DNA from: Piromyces finnis finn
Taxonomy: Eukaryota > Fungi > Neocallimastigomycota
Direction of reading: 5' to 3'
Assembly: GCA_002104945.1 (NCBI GenBank)
Contig: MCFH01000009.1
Span: 1,054,001 to 1,118,000 of the forward strand
DNA length: 64,000 nt
Part shown: positions 25,492-39,312 of the stretch, in pieces
Numbering within the stretch: the stretch's first letter is position 1
How the letters are laid out: each line of letters starts with the position of its first letter
Program-made: the position numbers and the translations under genes
Notes under the pieces: model-generated
The model's database searches: none
Told to the model about the DNA's origin: nothing
Seen by the model: the letters and a program-made list of their open reading frames with translations, nothing else

Positions 25492-27136
25492 TTAACGTTT
25501 ATTCATTAATCCATAATTCATTAAATAATTTTTTGAATCATAAGAAAAATCTGAAAAAGTTAATTCTGTTATATTATTTAAAGAAAAAAATGAATTACTT
25601 TTATTTTTATTATTCATTTGATTATTGTTGTTGTAATTAGTGTTATTTATAGGATTATTATTGTTGTTATTAATATCTAATCCTGATGCTTGTGTTGGGT
25701 TAATATATTTTTCAATAATGGGAACAAATAGTTTCTATTAAATAAAAGGTATTTTGTTACAAATTATTATGTAATATGTAATATATTAAATAAAAAAAGT
25801 ATTGTTAATATTTAAAGACTATATTTAGTTTATATTAAATTCAAGGTTTCAATATCATATATTTATATAAACTTACATCAAACATAGTTTCATCGGTATT
25901 ATCAATGAAAGTGTTATATTCAATTTTGGGTATATTATTAATGGAAAATGAATCTATTACCGATAAGTCCTTTACTGTTGATTTATTATCCAATGTATTA
26001 TAATTAGAACAAGGTATATCTAAATATATATCATTTTTATCCTTTAATGCACCATCAATTTTAAATGTATCATCAATATTGTTACTTTTATACTTGTTTT
26101 TATTAATACTATTTGTACTCTTTACAAAATCAAAAGAAGTGCGATCTCCAGAATTCATATCAATATAATTATTTTTATTGTTATTAATCAAACCATTTAA
26201 ATTATTTATTATATTATTTTTTTCATTTACAACAGAATTTTTAATATTTTTGTTTGGATCATTATTATTTTGATTTATATTTGGACAATGATGTTGAAAT
26301 GAGAAAATATAAGCATAATTTTGATTACTTTTTGGTGGATTGAGATGGTGATTTTTATTTTTACTTTTTTTATTTATCATTGATATTATAGACTTATTGG
26401 AAGTATTTTCATCAAAAGATGGAATTTCTGATATTGAATCTAATAATATCTTACTATAATTATTATTAAAATCGTTATTCTTATTTAGAGTATTACAATT
26501 ATATTTGCAATTACTGTAGCTTATTTGATTTTGGTAATGACATGAAGTATTTATATTTTTAGGATTTCTAGTTAATGCTTTTTTAACTTTTAAAAGTAAC
26601 TTTTCTTCATCTATGTTTTCTTTATTATTATTATAATAACAAGGGAAATTACAGTTATACTTTTCATCTGAATATGATGTATTTCTTTTGATATTATTTT
26701 CATTTGAAACTACTTGTTTAATTCTATTTAGTAGGATATCAAAGTCAAAATCATCTCTCATTGACGTTTTTCTTTTATTGTAATTTTTTTTAGAATTTAT
26801 TTTTTTCTTATGTTTTTCTTTTTTTAATTGATAATTAATGATATTTGAATTTAAATTGGAAGAAATAGATGAATTGGTATATGAATGTTCATTTAAATCT
26901 TTTTTTAATGAATAATTATATGACTTTATAATATTGTTACAGAAATTGCTAGATGGTGTATATATTTTATTTTTATTTGATGCTATCTCTGATATATAAC
27001 TCTGAGAATTTTTATCCATCATAATATTAGTATGGGAAGGTATGCTAATATTGATGTCGCAATTATTATTCTTATTACTATATTTAATATGGAAGAACTC
27101 TTGTGAATTTTTACTTATCCTTTTCTTAAAACACAT
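25492..27136 (-). CDS. Hypothetical Asn/Lys-rich protein; 2 exons
   Basis: The 431-aa ORF has a GTAAGT donor after ..DETMFD (exon ends 25877). It joins in phase 0 to exon 25734-25492 (KLFVPIIEKYINP..GLMNKR*). No recognisable domain. Confidence 0.6.
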
Positions 27137-27534
27137 TATACTAATATTATAGTAATGATTTAATGAATACCGAAATATGTTTTATATATAATTAAATGAA
27201 TAGTTTTATTTCATAATTTAAATAATCAATGAATAATTTATCAATAATGATTTTTTAATATTTAAATTTAAAAGGCAATAATCCCTTTTTGATTTTGCTG
27301 TGTAATTATATAAATTTTATATTCCTTTTTTTTTAATATTTTCTTTCTATATATAATTTTATCAGAGCGTTTTTAATTAAAATAAAAAAACTATTAATTT
27401 ATTTTTTGGTTAAACTTTATTTTATAATATTTTAAAGAGTTTTTAAAGATTAATTAAAATAAAAAATAAAAAATAAAAAAATTATAAATTATATATATTA
27501 AGCTTTTAATATATTTAAGTAGGTTATAGAGAGA

Positions 27535-28601
27535 ATGTGTGAAGATTCTACATGTGTAAATAATATTGAAGATAATGTAAAGTTACCAAAGATAAATATG
27601 AATATAAAATATTAATATATTGATATTTTTCTATTATTATTACCATTATTCTGTATTTAAAAATAATATAAATATTTTATTTATATCCAGGATAGTAAAA
27701 AAAAAGAAAAAAAAAGAAAACAAGAAGCATTGAGAGAACAATTTGAAAATTTAAAAAGGAAAAAGCGAGAGATTGATAAACATGTTGAAAAAATAGAAAA
27801 ATCAAAGATGAAAAAAAAAGAGAAAAAAATAAAAATAAAGCAAAATAGACTCTTCCAAGAATATAGTAACAGTAATATTTAAAAAATTGAAATTTAAAAA
27901 AAATCTATTTTAGAAAAATAAATTATATTATGATTATAATTATTATATTTAGTGATTTAATAATTATATTGTAAATAAAATTATAGAGAAACAAGAAAAT
28001 GATTTAAAAAATGAAATAAATGGTATATTGCCTTATATAGAACTAAATAAACAATTAAAAGATGTTGACCAAGGACGATTTACAAAAAAGGTAGGGTCTT
28101 TTTTATTGCTTTAAAATCTAACATATTTTTATATTTTGGCTTATATTACGATTAAAAATTTATATTATTTTAATAATAATAAAAGTCCACGATGGAACTA
28201 AAAATAGATAAAGCGATATCAACAGGAAATTTTGAATTAGCAGATAAATTAAATGATGAATTAATAATGCAACAAAAAGAGAAAATAATTAGTGAGAGTA
28301 TTGAATGTAAGAATTATATTGATAATAAAAATGTAAGTTAAATATGTGTAGTATATATAATAAATATAACAATTATAAAACTAAACTATCATATATAGTT
28401 AGAAATGGAAAAGAAACGAAAAAAAAAGAGGAGTAGACTAGTTTGGGGGTAATTTTTTCTTGTTGTTATAATTTATCTACATTTTAAAATAAATAATTTA
28501 TTAATTTATTATTATTATTATAATTATATTTATAATATATATATTTTAAAAAATATAGATTTGATTCTAAGCAAAGATGGGAAACCAAGGGGAATATGTA
28601 G
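27535..28601 (+). CDS. FAM204A: FAM204A-like small protein; about 6 short exons, absent from the ORF track
   Basis: Spliced exons give ELKIDKAISTGNFELADKLNDEL..IECKNY and end with KKRSRLVWGFDSKQRWETKGNM*. This matches the FAM204A C-terminal signature (LAWGFEAKKRWETKSNM in human, from memory). The first exon boundary is uncertain. Confidence 0.85.
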
Positions 28602-28747
28602 TTTTATTTTTGAATAAAAAATCTGAATGATTAAGTAAAAAATTATTTATTCTTTTATTTTAAATGTATTTTTTATTGTATTTGGAATTAATGTATTGTT
28701 TGAAAAAGTCATATTATTAATAATATTTCCAAATATTCCATTTTCTG

Positions 28748-28951
28748 TTAACTCTTTATTTGAATAATAATTGTTTCTGTATAATACTTTAATAAAAAAT
28801 TAATACAATTATCTAATACTATATGGAAATGAAGTAAATTTTTTGGATTATCTGGATCATAACAATCATATTCATTATAAGTAACAGTTAAATCATAATT
28901 TTTATGTGCTTCAAGTCTTATATCTAAATATCTAATACCATGTCCTAACGT
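28748..28951 (-). pseudogene. Isolated PI-PLC X-domain (bacterial-type phosphatidylinositol phospholipase C) fragment
   Basis: Reverse-strand translation is TLGHGIRYLDIRLEAHKNYDLTVTYNEYDCYDPDNPKNLLHFHIVLDNCINFLLKYYTETIIIQIKS*. GIRYLDIR and FL..xETII are X-domain hallmarks. There is no start codon, no visible flanking exons, and stops on both sides. Confidence 0.7.
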
Positions 28952-28979
28952 TTAATATTTAATAAATTAATACAATATA

Positions 28980-29018
<39 letters not shown>

Positions 29019-29458
29019 TTGTAATTTTTTAAATTAATTTTATTAATTTTATTATTTTTTCTATTTCTCTTTTTTTGATATAAGCTCTTTTAGATAATTA
29101 TAGAAAATATTAAATATGGTTGATTTTATTAATTAGTATTATGGAATATAACTAAACAGAAAAATAAAAAAAGTATATATGAACTTTGTAATAAATTAAA
29201 AAACAAAACAAAACAAACAAACAAACAAAAAAAGTAATTGAAAATAATATGTGTGCTTGATTATTACAAAATAATAATAATAAAAAAAATGGTCTAAACT
29301 ATTATTAATAATTATGAATAGAATGATATGATTATATATATATTAATTTTTCCTTTTTTCTATTTTTTTTTTTTTTTTTTTTTTTTTTTTCATTTTAGTT
29401 AATTCTACATATAAGTGAATAATATATTTTAACAATCCAATATTATTTTTTAATTTTT

Positions 29459-32400
29459 TTATACTGTAATATTTATGTTATTTCTATTAACTGGAAGTAT
29501 ATTCGAATAACTGGTTTGAGTTGAAGAAGTAGAATCAGTAAAACTGAAACCCATATCAGCATCTTTAAATGTTCCTTCTTTATCATTTTTTTCTTTTAAC
29601 ATTTCAATAGGATTTTTACAAATTTCAATAGCATCTGGTTCAATATGATTTGTACACATAGGGCAAGTATGAGTTTTTTCTAGTAACTTTTTAAATTGAG
29701 AGTATAATGCAGGGAATTTACAACTTGGACAATTTGACCAGTCATCTAAAACCATATGCTGTCCCTAATATTTATGTATATATTTTAATTTATATTAATT
29801 CTATATTATAGTTTAAATTTTATTAATAAATAAACTTTTGTACTTACAGTAACAATACAGTATGGTATATGATTTTTGCATTCTAAGCAATCTAGAGTTG
29901 TTTCAGTTACTGGTGAACCGCAGAATGGACATGGTGTAGAAGGTTCTTCAATTTCAGATTTATCTGGTCGTCTATTTTAATAGCAATTATAAAATTTTAA
30001 ATTTATTAAGAATATACTTAATGGTTTTAATATATAATAAATTTATTACCTAATAACTGCTTCTATTTTTCTTCTATATTTTGGATCTAGTTTTTGCTTA
30101 TATTCTGGTCTAATAAGCATAGTAGCATATTCAAAAGATTGTTTTTTTAAGCCTACTCTGTGACATTCAACAACAGTAGATGTCAAAATATGAGTAGCAT
30201 CTTATATAAATTATTTTTTTTAAAAGATCAACAATTATATTTTAGTATATTGAAAAGTCAAATAAATTAAATGTAATTTATAATATATTTAATAAATAAT
30301 ACGTACGAGCTGGGAATTTACTAATGTTATTAGATACACGAATTAACATTCTTGAAGCCATCATATGTTCATCCAATTTTAATAATAACTATTTAAATAT
30401 AAAAATTAGAAAATAATTATTATTTAATAACAAACTTAATAATATTATATTATATTCTATATATTCTATTATATAATAATACTAAAAACAGTTAAAATAG
30501 AAATTACTTTAATTAATATGTAACTATGAATTAACATTAACATTTTTTCAATCTCGTTAGGAATTTTACTATTTATTTTTGTAAGCATCAAATATATTTC
30601 TAATAATACATCATGAGTGGCTCTGTAGTTTCCTAAGTTTTGCTCTTCACGAGCAATAATGATTGCTGTTCTAGCAGCTTCTGAATATTTACCAATTGAC
30701 ATCCAAAGTTTAAAGAAATATTTTGTATCCTATTTTAAAAAAAATTAATTAGAATGTTTACTTATTTTGAATTGTATGTATAAATAAATATATAATATAA
30801 AACATACTTTTCTAATACCATCAGTTTCTCCCATTAAATAATCAATAAACATGTGAATAAGAGAATCATTTTTAGCTAATCCAATACATTCAATAGCCAT
30901 ATCAAATGATTCATTTTCTGCATTTGGTTGCATAAACATTTTTAAAGCCTTAGTATAATCTCCACATTGAATATAATATTTACCAGCATACAAAAATTGA
31001 TTTTGATTTTCGAAATAAGAAGCAATATTTAATACTTTTTATATATAAAATATATATAATAGAGAATAATTAGTATATAATAAGTTAATGGGTTTAGAAT
31101 TTAATATACATACACATGTCTTGTGAAGCATCTTCTTTTAACAATGCTGCTAAATGTTCCATTTCATTATGTTGCTATTTGTATTATTTTTTTTAATTAT
31201 TATTTAATATAAAGTCAATTTTTATAGATCTCATAATAATTTATAATATACCTGTGCAATTTCAAATGCATCTTCTTTCATATCAGCAATTAAACAAAAT
31301 TCTATTACTGATTTATAATGTATAAAAATATTAAGGATAATATGCTTATGAATTTATATATATGTTTTCTAAAGAAATATGCTTTTAATTTATAATTATT
31401 TATATAAAAGGATATCATTTATTTTTTGGAAGAATCTTGATATAAGTCTAGCACTTTCTCTAGATCTTGTTTTTCGTACTATTTCAACAGCCTATTAAAA
31501 ATTTACAATTGAAATTCGATTTATAATCTTATACGCTTTTTAATAATAATTACAACTATATTACCTTATCAATATTTGAAGAATGTTCGATAATTAATCT
31601 AACTACACTCTCATAATCTTGTGCTTTTTCATATGCATTTTCAGCTTCTTTAAATTCTCCTTCAGCTATTTATAATTAATTTATATTAGATTAAAGTAAT
31701 AATAATAAATAAATATTATTATAAAGTTATAAAATATTTATAGTAAATTATAATAATTAATATTTATAAAATGATTAATTATACCTTCTTTTATTTTGGC
31801 ATATTGTAAAAAGATCTTTGGAGAAGTAATATGTGATAAGATAGAACTAACATTGGAATATTTCTTAGCTTTTAAGAAAATAAGTGCAGCTTTTTCGTAA
31901 TTTTCAGATCTTTTAAATAGTTGACCAGCTTCATTATATTGTTTTAGGTTTTCTAAAATACTTCCACATTCCTGAAGAAGTTCTTTATTTTGAATACTTC
32001 TTAACATTTTCATTCCTTTAGAAATCTCACCATTTTGTAAAGTAGTTCTAATTAAGCCAGCATTGCATAAAGTAATATGTTTACTTTTCTCCTCATCTGA
32101 TATATTAACACTATTTACACATGATAATGCTTTATTATACATTGAAAGTGCTTGATTATAATCACCTATTTTTTTTTTTAAAAAAATTATGTTAACAACT
32201 TGATTGTTGTTTATTCTTAATTAAAATTTTATTTTTATATAAAAAATATATTAACCGTTAAATTCCAATTCGAGAGCATATTCTTTTGCAATAATTGATA
32301 CTTCATTTTGTGCGAATGTGGATGCTAGACTTAATGCTTGATCCCAATGCCTTAAACCTCTTCTTAGATTTAATGCTGAGATACCATCTGAATTTCTTAA

Positions 32401-32631
32401 AAAGAATTCCTATAATAAAATTTAAAATTAGAAAAATAAAATAATATTATTTATTATTTATATATTTAATGTATTTTTTTAAATAAATATTTTGTATTTA
32501 CTTGGGCATTATCATATTCTCCCAACAACATTGATATTTGTCCACATAATGAATTTTTATCCTCAATTTCTTCAATTTTATTTAAAAACAATACTTTATT
32601 AGCATCACCAATTAGTCGATGTATTTATTCA

Positions 32632-32723
<92 letters not shown>

Positions 32724-35700
32724 AATCAAAGTTAAGAAAATTTTTTTTTTAAAAAAAAATATATGATAGAATTATTTTTATTTTAAAAAGGATATAAATT
32801 CTTTTAGCTGTTTTTATATCAAGATTTATTAATGCTTTTTCAGCAAGATCTCTCCACGAATCAAGATCTTTATTAAAATTGTATACTTTCCATAATTCTA
32901 ATATCCATTTTATTATATATTGTTAAAAAATATTTCCAATATAATATGGGAATTTAAAAATTATATAATATATCAATACCATTAAATCTTCCTAATGAAT
33001 AAAGTAATTGCAATAATTTTTTTATATTCCTTTCTTTTTCTAAACTGTCTTCTTTTATATCTAAATGTGTTGATAATTGTGTCATACAAATTTTTCCATT
33101 ATGTGTCTTTTATTTAAATTATATTTAAAATGACAAATTATTAATGATAAAAATATTTAATATTTTGTACAAAAAAATTAATGTATTTTTTATTTTTACC
33201 TGGCTTGAAACAACACCACAATTTAATAAAATTGGTCTTAATCCATAAGATAATTTTGTTGTTCCCATTATTAAACATTGTGATCCTTTTATGTGGGATT
33301 CAGTGAAAATGTATGTTGTTAAAAATTCATTATCATATGATACAAAAGTACAGCTATCTTTACATTCAACATCCCATAAAATGCCAATGGTTTGAGCTAT
33401 AAATTGTTTTTTTATAAAAAATAAATTTCATTTTAATTATATTTAATATATTAAGAATATGTTAATTTTTTACATATAAATCATAATAGTAACTTGATAT
33501 TCCAGGAATTGATAAAATAGTGTTATTAACTGGATTACATATATATCCTTCATTAAGATCATCTATAAATATAAATTTAATTCCACCTTTAAATTGAGGG
33601 TATAATTCTTTAATTCCTGTCTATAAAATGATTAAAATGGTTAAAATTTGTAATTAATAATATTTTTTTTTGTTTTTATATATAATTTTAAATAATTACT
33701 TTGTGTTTGATAGTATTCACAAGATTCCAACTTTCTAAATCATAGTGGTAAATTACACCAGTATTTGTACCAAATATACAGAAATTTGATGTTAATGCTG
33801 CACATATAATCAAAAAAGTATCTGTGTTATTTGGAAATAGTTTTTGCATTTTGTCTATTTATGAAGAGATATTAATAATATTTGAAAAAAATTTTTTGAT
33901 TTTAATATAAAATATAAATTGATATAAATTAGTTATATTAAAATCAAGATATATACTAGTTTTTGAATCATTTATATTATGTATTTGTAATTTTCCATTT
34001 GTTAATAGTCCCGCAACATAATTCCTATTAAGCAATAAACGTTTTATTGGTGCTAAATATTCCTTTTGAATTGTATAATACAGAAATAATATTAAAATTA
34101 TATTTTTTAATGGAAATACGAATATAATTATTTAGTAGAAATTATCAATTAATTACATATTGTGTATAACTATTTTCTGAGTTAGCTTCGTTTTTATATG
34201 AATTATCATTTATCCTTCCAAGTAATGAGTAGAATAATACTTGATTATTTACACCAACAACAAGCTTATTTAAATATTGAAATCGATGTTTAATAATATA
34301 TGATTTAATATGAAAAAGACATATACAATTATAATAATTTTAAAAAAAATAATTATAATTTAGTATGCCATTTAAAATGAGAATCAACAATGGTTATGAA
34401 TGGAATAAAATTTTACAATTAATATGTTTAAGTAAATAAATAAATGATTAATTAATTATTATTATATTATGTACATGTCTTTCTCCAACAACTAATAAAC
34501 TTGGTTCTATATCAACTTTAATTTTCATTGATGGAGGTATTTGATCATTTGCAGCCATAGTTGTTTTTGATTGATCAATTAATGTAATTTCTTGCAAAGA
34601 TGTTAAATAAGCCTATTTTTAAAATTATGATTAAAAATTTAATAATATTTATATTATTTATATAAAATTTAATATAAAAAAAATAAAGTACCAAAGTTGT
34701 TCCGTATGTACTTCCTAAAAATGGTAATTTATATAAATATACATAGACATTTCCACTTTTATATTTGATTTAAAAAAGTTGTTAATTTAATAAGATTTTT
34801 AATATTGGAATTATAATGAAATTATATCTTCTTTTAATTTTTTTATATATTTTACTTTCTTGTTGTTGCAGCTATAAATTGACCATCATCAGACCATTCC
34901 AATGAATATAACTTTCCAGTGTCATTATCTAAGGTAATTGTTTCACAAGTTTCTTTTAAATCACTTAATTCGTAGATTTTTATCATATCATCACCACAAG
35001 TAGCAACTTTGTTAATTGAGTAATTTATTATTAAATTACTTAAGTAGTCATTATGTGATTTTTGATGATATAATTCTTGTCCAATATATTTTGGATCTTT
35101 AAAAATCACAAAATTTAATTATTATTATTTTATAAATATTAAAAAAATAATGTTTTTAATAGTTGTGGAATTAAGTTATAAAAAATATTTATAATTCATA
35201 TTATTTTTTTTTTAAAAAAAAAAGGTTTTTTGATGTTTTTTCTGTGTAATATTTATTTACCAGTTGACATAACAATAAAATTTCCATTTGAAAAACCAAA
35301 TAATATATGATTTTCATTATACCATTCATATGAAACAATACTTCCGTATTCTTCTTGAAATACTAATTCCAATGGGTTTTCTGGGTTATCCATATTATGA
35401 ATATAAAAATAATGATGATTTATAACCATAGATAAAACTAGATTCTTATTTTCAGAATTATTTTGATCTACCATTGTTGCAAACTATTTAGTTATTAATC
35501 CATTATTTTAAATTCATTAATATTATATTATGATTATATAATTTTTTTTTTTGAATTATAATCCATGATACATTAGATAGAAACAAAATATATTATATTT
35601 TATATTAATACAAAATATACTAACCTTCATTAATGAGGGTTTTCCTTTCAATGTCTTTTCAAATAATGTAGTTCCCTTTAAATCGCTTATTGAAAACTAC

Positions 35701-36743
35701 GATTTTTATTAAAAATAATATTTAATATTGAACATTATCATTTATTTATTCTTCTACATATTTATTAATAATATTTATTTAATTAATTAATAGTTTTACA
35801 GTGTTATCATCTGAACCACATGCAATAATATTATCATCTTGCCAACATCCACATATAATTGATTTTGTATGTTTTCCTAAAATTGGTACTTTCTTAGATG
35901 CTTTTCTATCATATATAAATAAATTTCCTTTTTTTGTACCAACTGCGAGCTTTTTTATGTAAGTTAATATAAATTTTGTTAAAAAAATTTAAAGAAAAAG
36001 TATTATATAATAAATTTATTTTTATATTTTTTTCATAATATAATTGGTATATGAAGTATTAAGAAATTAATAAACTTACTCTTTTTCCTTTTTTTGACCA
36101 TTGACAGAAAGATAAATCATTCCATGTTGTATCTAATTGTATATATATCTTTTTATTATTTGCATCCCATAGTGTAATTACACCTGTTACTTGATCTGTA
36201 ATAGCTAATAATTCACCATCTGGACTCCAATCCATTCCAGTACATTTTCTATTTTAAATAATATGGAAATTATGTATTTGAATAATAATATTTATTTTTA
36301 TTGTCAAAAATAAATTATATATATAAAAATAATATTTTAGATCTCCATTTAAAATATTAATATTTATTTTATAAATGATATAATACCCTTCCAAATTTAT
36401 TTTATCCACTTCGTCACCATTTTTATTATATATTACTACTATATTATTTTTTCTATATAATTTCAAAATATGTATGTTAGCATGTTAATTTATTGGAATA
36501 TTAAATTAATTATAATAAAAATATTTATGTAGCATTATTAATACCCATTAACAGCTATAAATTGTCCATCTCTTTTTTGCCATTTTATTTTACATTTACC
36601 AACACCAATTATGTTGGAATCCACCGAGAATACTTGCTTAAAATATTAAGATATATAAATATTATTAGTTTAAATATTAAATGAAATGACTAATTAAAAA
36701 TTAACATAACAATTGAAGAATTTTGATTTTTATCAACCTTCAT
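29459..36743 (-). CDS. IFT144: Intraflagellar transport protein IFT144/WDR19 (IFT-A complex); many introns
   Basis: Exons encode [87 protein letters not shown], a TPR-like region and the C-terminal [33 protein letters not shown]. This order matches WDR19. Confidence 0.95.
32632..32721. repeat. (AAT)30 intronic microsatellite in IFT144
   Basis: 90 bp of perfect aat repeats. Confidence 0.95.
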
Positions 36744-37613
36744 AATACAATAACACAATAATTTCTTTAATTCCTTTATAATAATAATTTTTTATTTTTT
36801 AAGTTCGATTTTATTATTTTTAATTTTAATTATTTATTATAATACTACAATTTTTTACTTTGTTATATTAATAATAAAACTATAATAATTTTTTTATTGA
36901 CAAAAACTATAAATAATATTAAATTATAAAATACTAATTAATATTCAATTTAAATTATAAGTTATAACTTATAATAATATAATATTAATTGTACAATCTA
37001 ATGCAACAAATTTAAATTTTCACAAACATCAAAAAAAAAATAAATTTTTTTTTTTTTTTTTTATTTTACATTAAAAACTGAGTTTTAAATTAAATTTTTG
37101 ATGCTATTAAATATATATATATATTGGGTAGATAGCTATCAACTAATATATATTAAAAGAATTGATATTTTCTATTTATTCATTTATAAAATATAATAAT
37201 TATAGTGGACTTTATTATAAAATTTATAATTTAAAATATTAAATACAATAAAAAATTATTGCTAAAAATTAAATTTAATCGAATTTCAAAAAAAATTGCT
37301 TTGATTTTTTATTACTATTAAACCATTAGAATATTAATAAAAAATGTATATTAATATGTATTAATTACAAAAAATTGATGATAGTAAAATTTAATTATTA
37401 TTATTTTCCAAAAAATTTTTAACTATATTCACAGAATTATTTTAATAGTGCTTATTAAAATGTTGGTTAACTTCCTATAACAATATAGTTTGACCACTGT
37501 TCAATAATACTGAATCTTTAACTTCCACGCTCATTGATCCATGATCATTAATGTTTTTCTTTTTTAATACTAGTTTAAAAATTATCTTTTTTTTTTTCCA
37601 ATAATTTTCAAAT

Positions 37614-38700
37614 TTAATTTTTTAATATTTGAGTTGAATCATCATAGGAATAATTATCATCATCATCTATATCTGAAAATTCATCTTTATCATTTTCATT
37701 TTTAATTAATAAAACAAACCACGCTGATCTATATTTAATTACTTTTGATCCAAACTTATAGCAAAGAATGCATTCAGTTAAAACAATTAAAAAATGTAAT
37801 ACTCCAATAGCTATATCTACTGGTAATCTTAAACAATTCGGTATAATATATTGTCCTACGCTATAGAATAATGCACATAAAGCATGATATATTGAAAATA
37901 AAATACAACCGGTAATAGCTGGTACCTATAATTTATATATTTTATAATAAAATTAAAAATAATATATTCAATATTTTATAACATATTACATATCCTAAAT
38001 TTTATTTATTATTCTTACATCTTCTTTTAAATTTCCCATATATCCAAAATAAATTCTAAATGGTTCTGATATGGCCAACGTCAAAAAAAAAAATATAGAC
38101 AAAAAGGCATAAAAACCATTTAAATAGAAATTTCTAAACTATTTTATATTATTAATAAATACTCTTAATTTTATTATTAAGTAATTAAAATAATTATAAT
38201 ATGTTTACTTTAAAATAGGTAGAATATCCTAAACCAATTACTAAAATGGCGTAAAAACATATACTTAAATATAAAAATACTTGTAGTGATACACTTGATA
38301 AAATTTCGAGACCTATTAATATTATATTGAAAAAAAAATATATTAACATTTTTGAGTTTTTCTATATATTTTTAATTATTAATACTTTATCATAAATATA
38401 AAACACCATTATTTTTATATTCGAAAATTGAAAGATAAAAATTTATTAATAATAAAAAATAAATATATATATTTATATACCAAAATCACGTAATGGAGCT
38501 TTTGGTTTCTTATAACCTGGTTTTTCATTATTTTCATTTTTTGGGAAGACAATGTTAACAGCTTTTTCTAAAAGCTTTTCAGCAATAATATTAACTTCTG
38601 GTTCGTCTTTTTCGTCATATTCATCATTATTTAATCCGTATCGGTTATGATTATCAAATATAGCTGCTGCATATTCGTATCCGTATCCATGATTAATCAT
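37614..38700 (-). CDS. TMEM17: TMEM17/TMEM216-family ciliary transition-zone membrane protein; 4 exons
   Basis: Exons 38700-38481, 38312-38209, 38138-38019 and 37925-37614 splice in frame. They give GLEILSSVSLQVFLYL..EPFRIYFGYMGNLKEDVPAITG..RLPVDIAIG, with four hydrophobic segments and the family motif RxYxGYxGNLxE. Confidence 0.88.
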
Positions 38701-39312
38701 TTTTTTTAAATAATTATTATTTTATAATTTAATATATTCTTTTAGTAGTGATATATAATTTCTCTATCATTAAAAGATATAAGTAGTAACATTAATTAAT
38801 ATATTTATATATAATTATTTTAATTACGGAGTTTTAATTAAATATTTTAGTTACTAAACTTTAAATATTAATTTTTCTTTATGAATTGTTTTGATTAAGC
38901 TATATTGTGTAACACATTAAATTAATTAAAATGGAACGATTATTTCCACAGTTATGAATAATAAAAATATATTCTTTATTCTTTAAATTTATTTATAAAT
39001 GCATTAACATATGTAGTATTTTATATATATATATAAAAGTAAAATAATCAAATTTTTCATATAAATAACGTTTTTGGTATTTACAATTACTTTAATTAAC
39101 TAAAGTAATATTTAAAATAATAATTAATATGTTGTATATTCTTTATTAATTAAATTTCAAGAACCTACTAAATATATATTATTAATAAATAATAAATTAA
39201 ATAAAAAAATTTATACTATCATTGTATAAGTTTTTATTAGAAATAATTTATAATTCTTTTTTTTTTTTAAATTAACTTTTTTTTTATTTTAATTTTCCTA
39301 ATTTTGTCCTAT

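Noticed and set aside
32632-32721. Long (AAT)n/(TTA)n tracts and A/T homopolymers as possible telomeric, CRISPR-like or regulatory arrays
   Set aside because: They are simple microsatellites without spacers, scattered through introns and spacers, and typical of very AT-rich genomes.
37450-37560. Coding-like stretch (KNINDHGSMSVEVKDSVLLNSGQTILL*) just downstream of the TMEM17 stop
   Set aside because: I found no plausible GT donor that would join it to the last exon, and no similarity I recognise. It is treated as 3' UTR unless RNA-seq shows otherwise.
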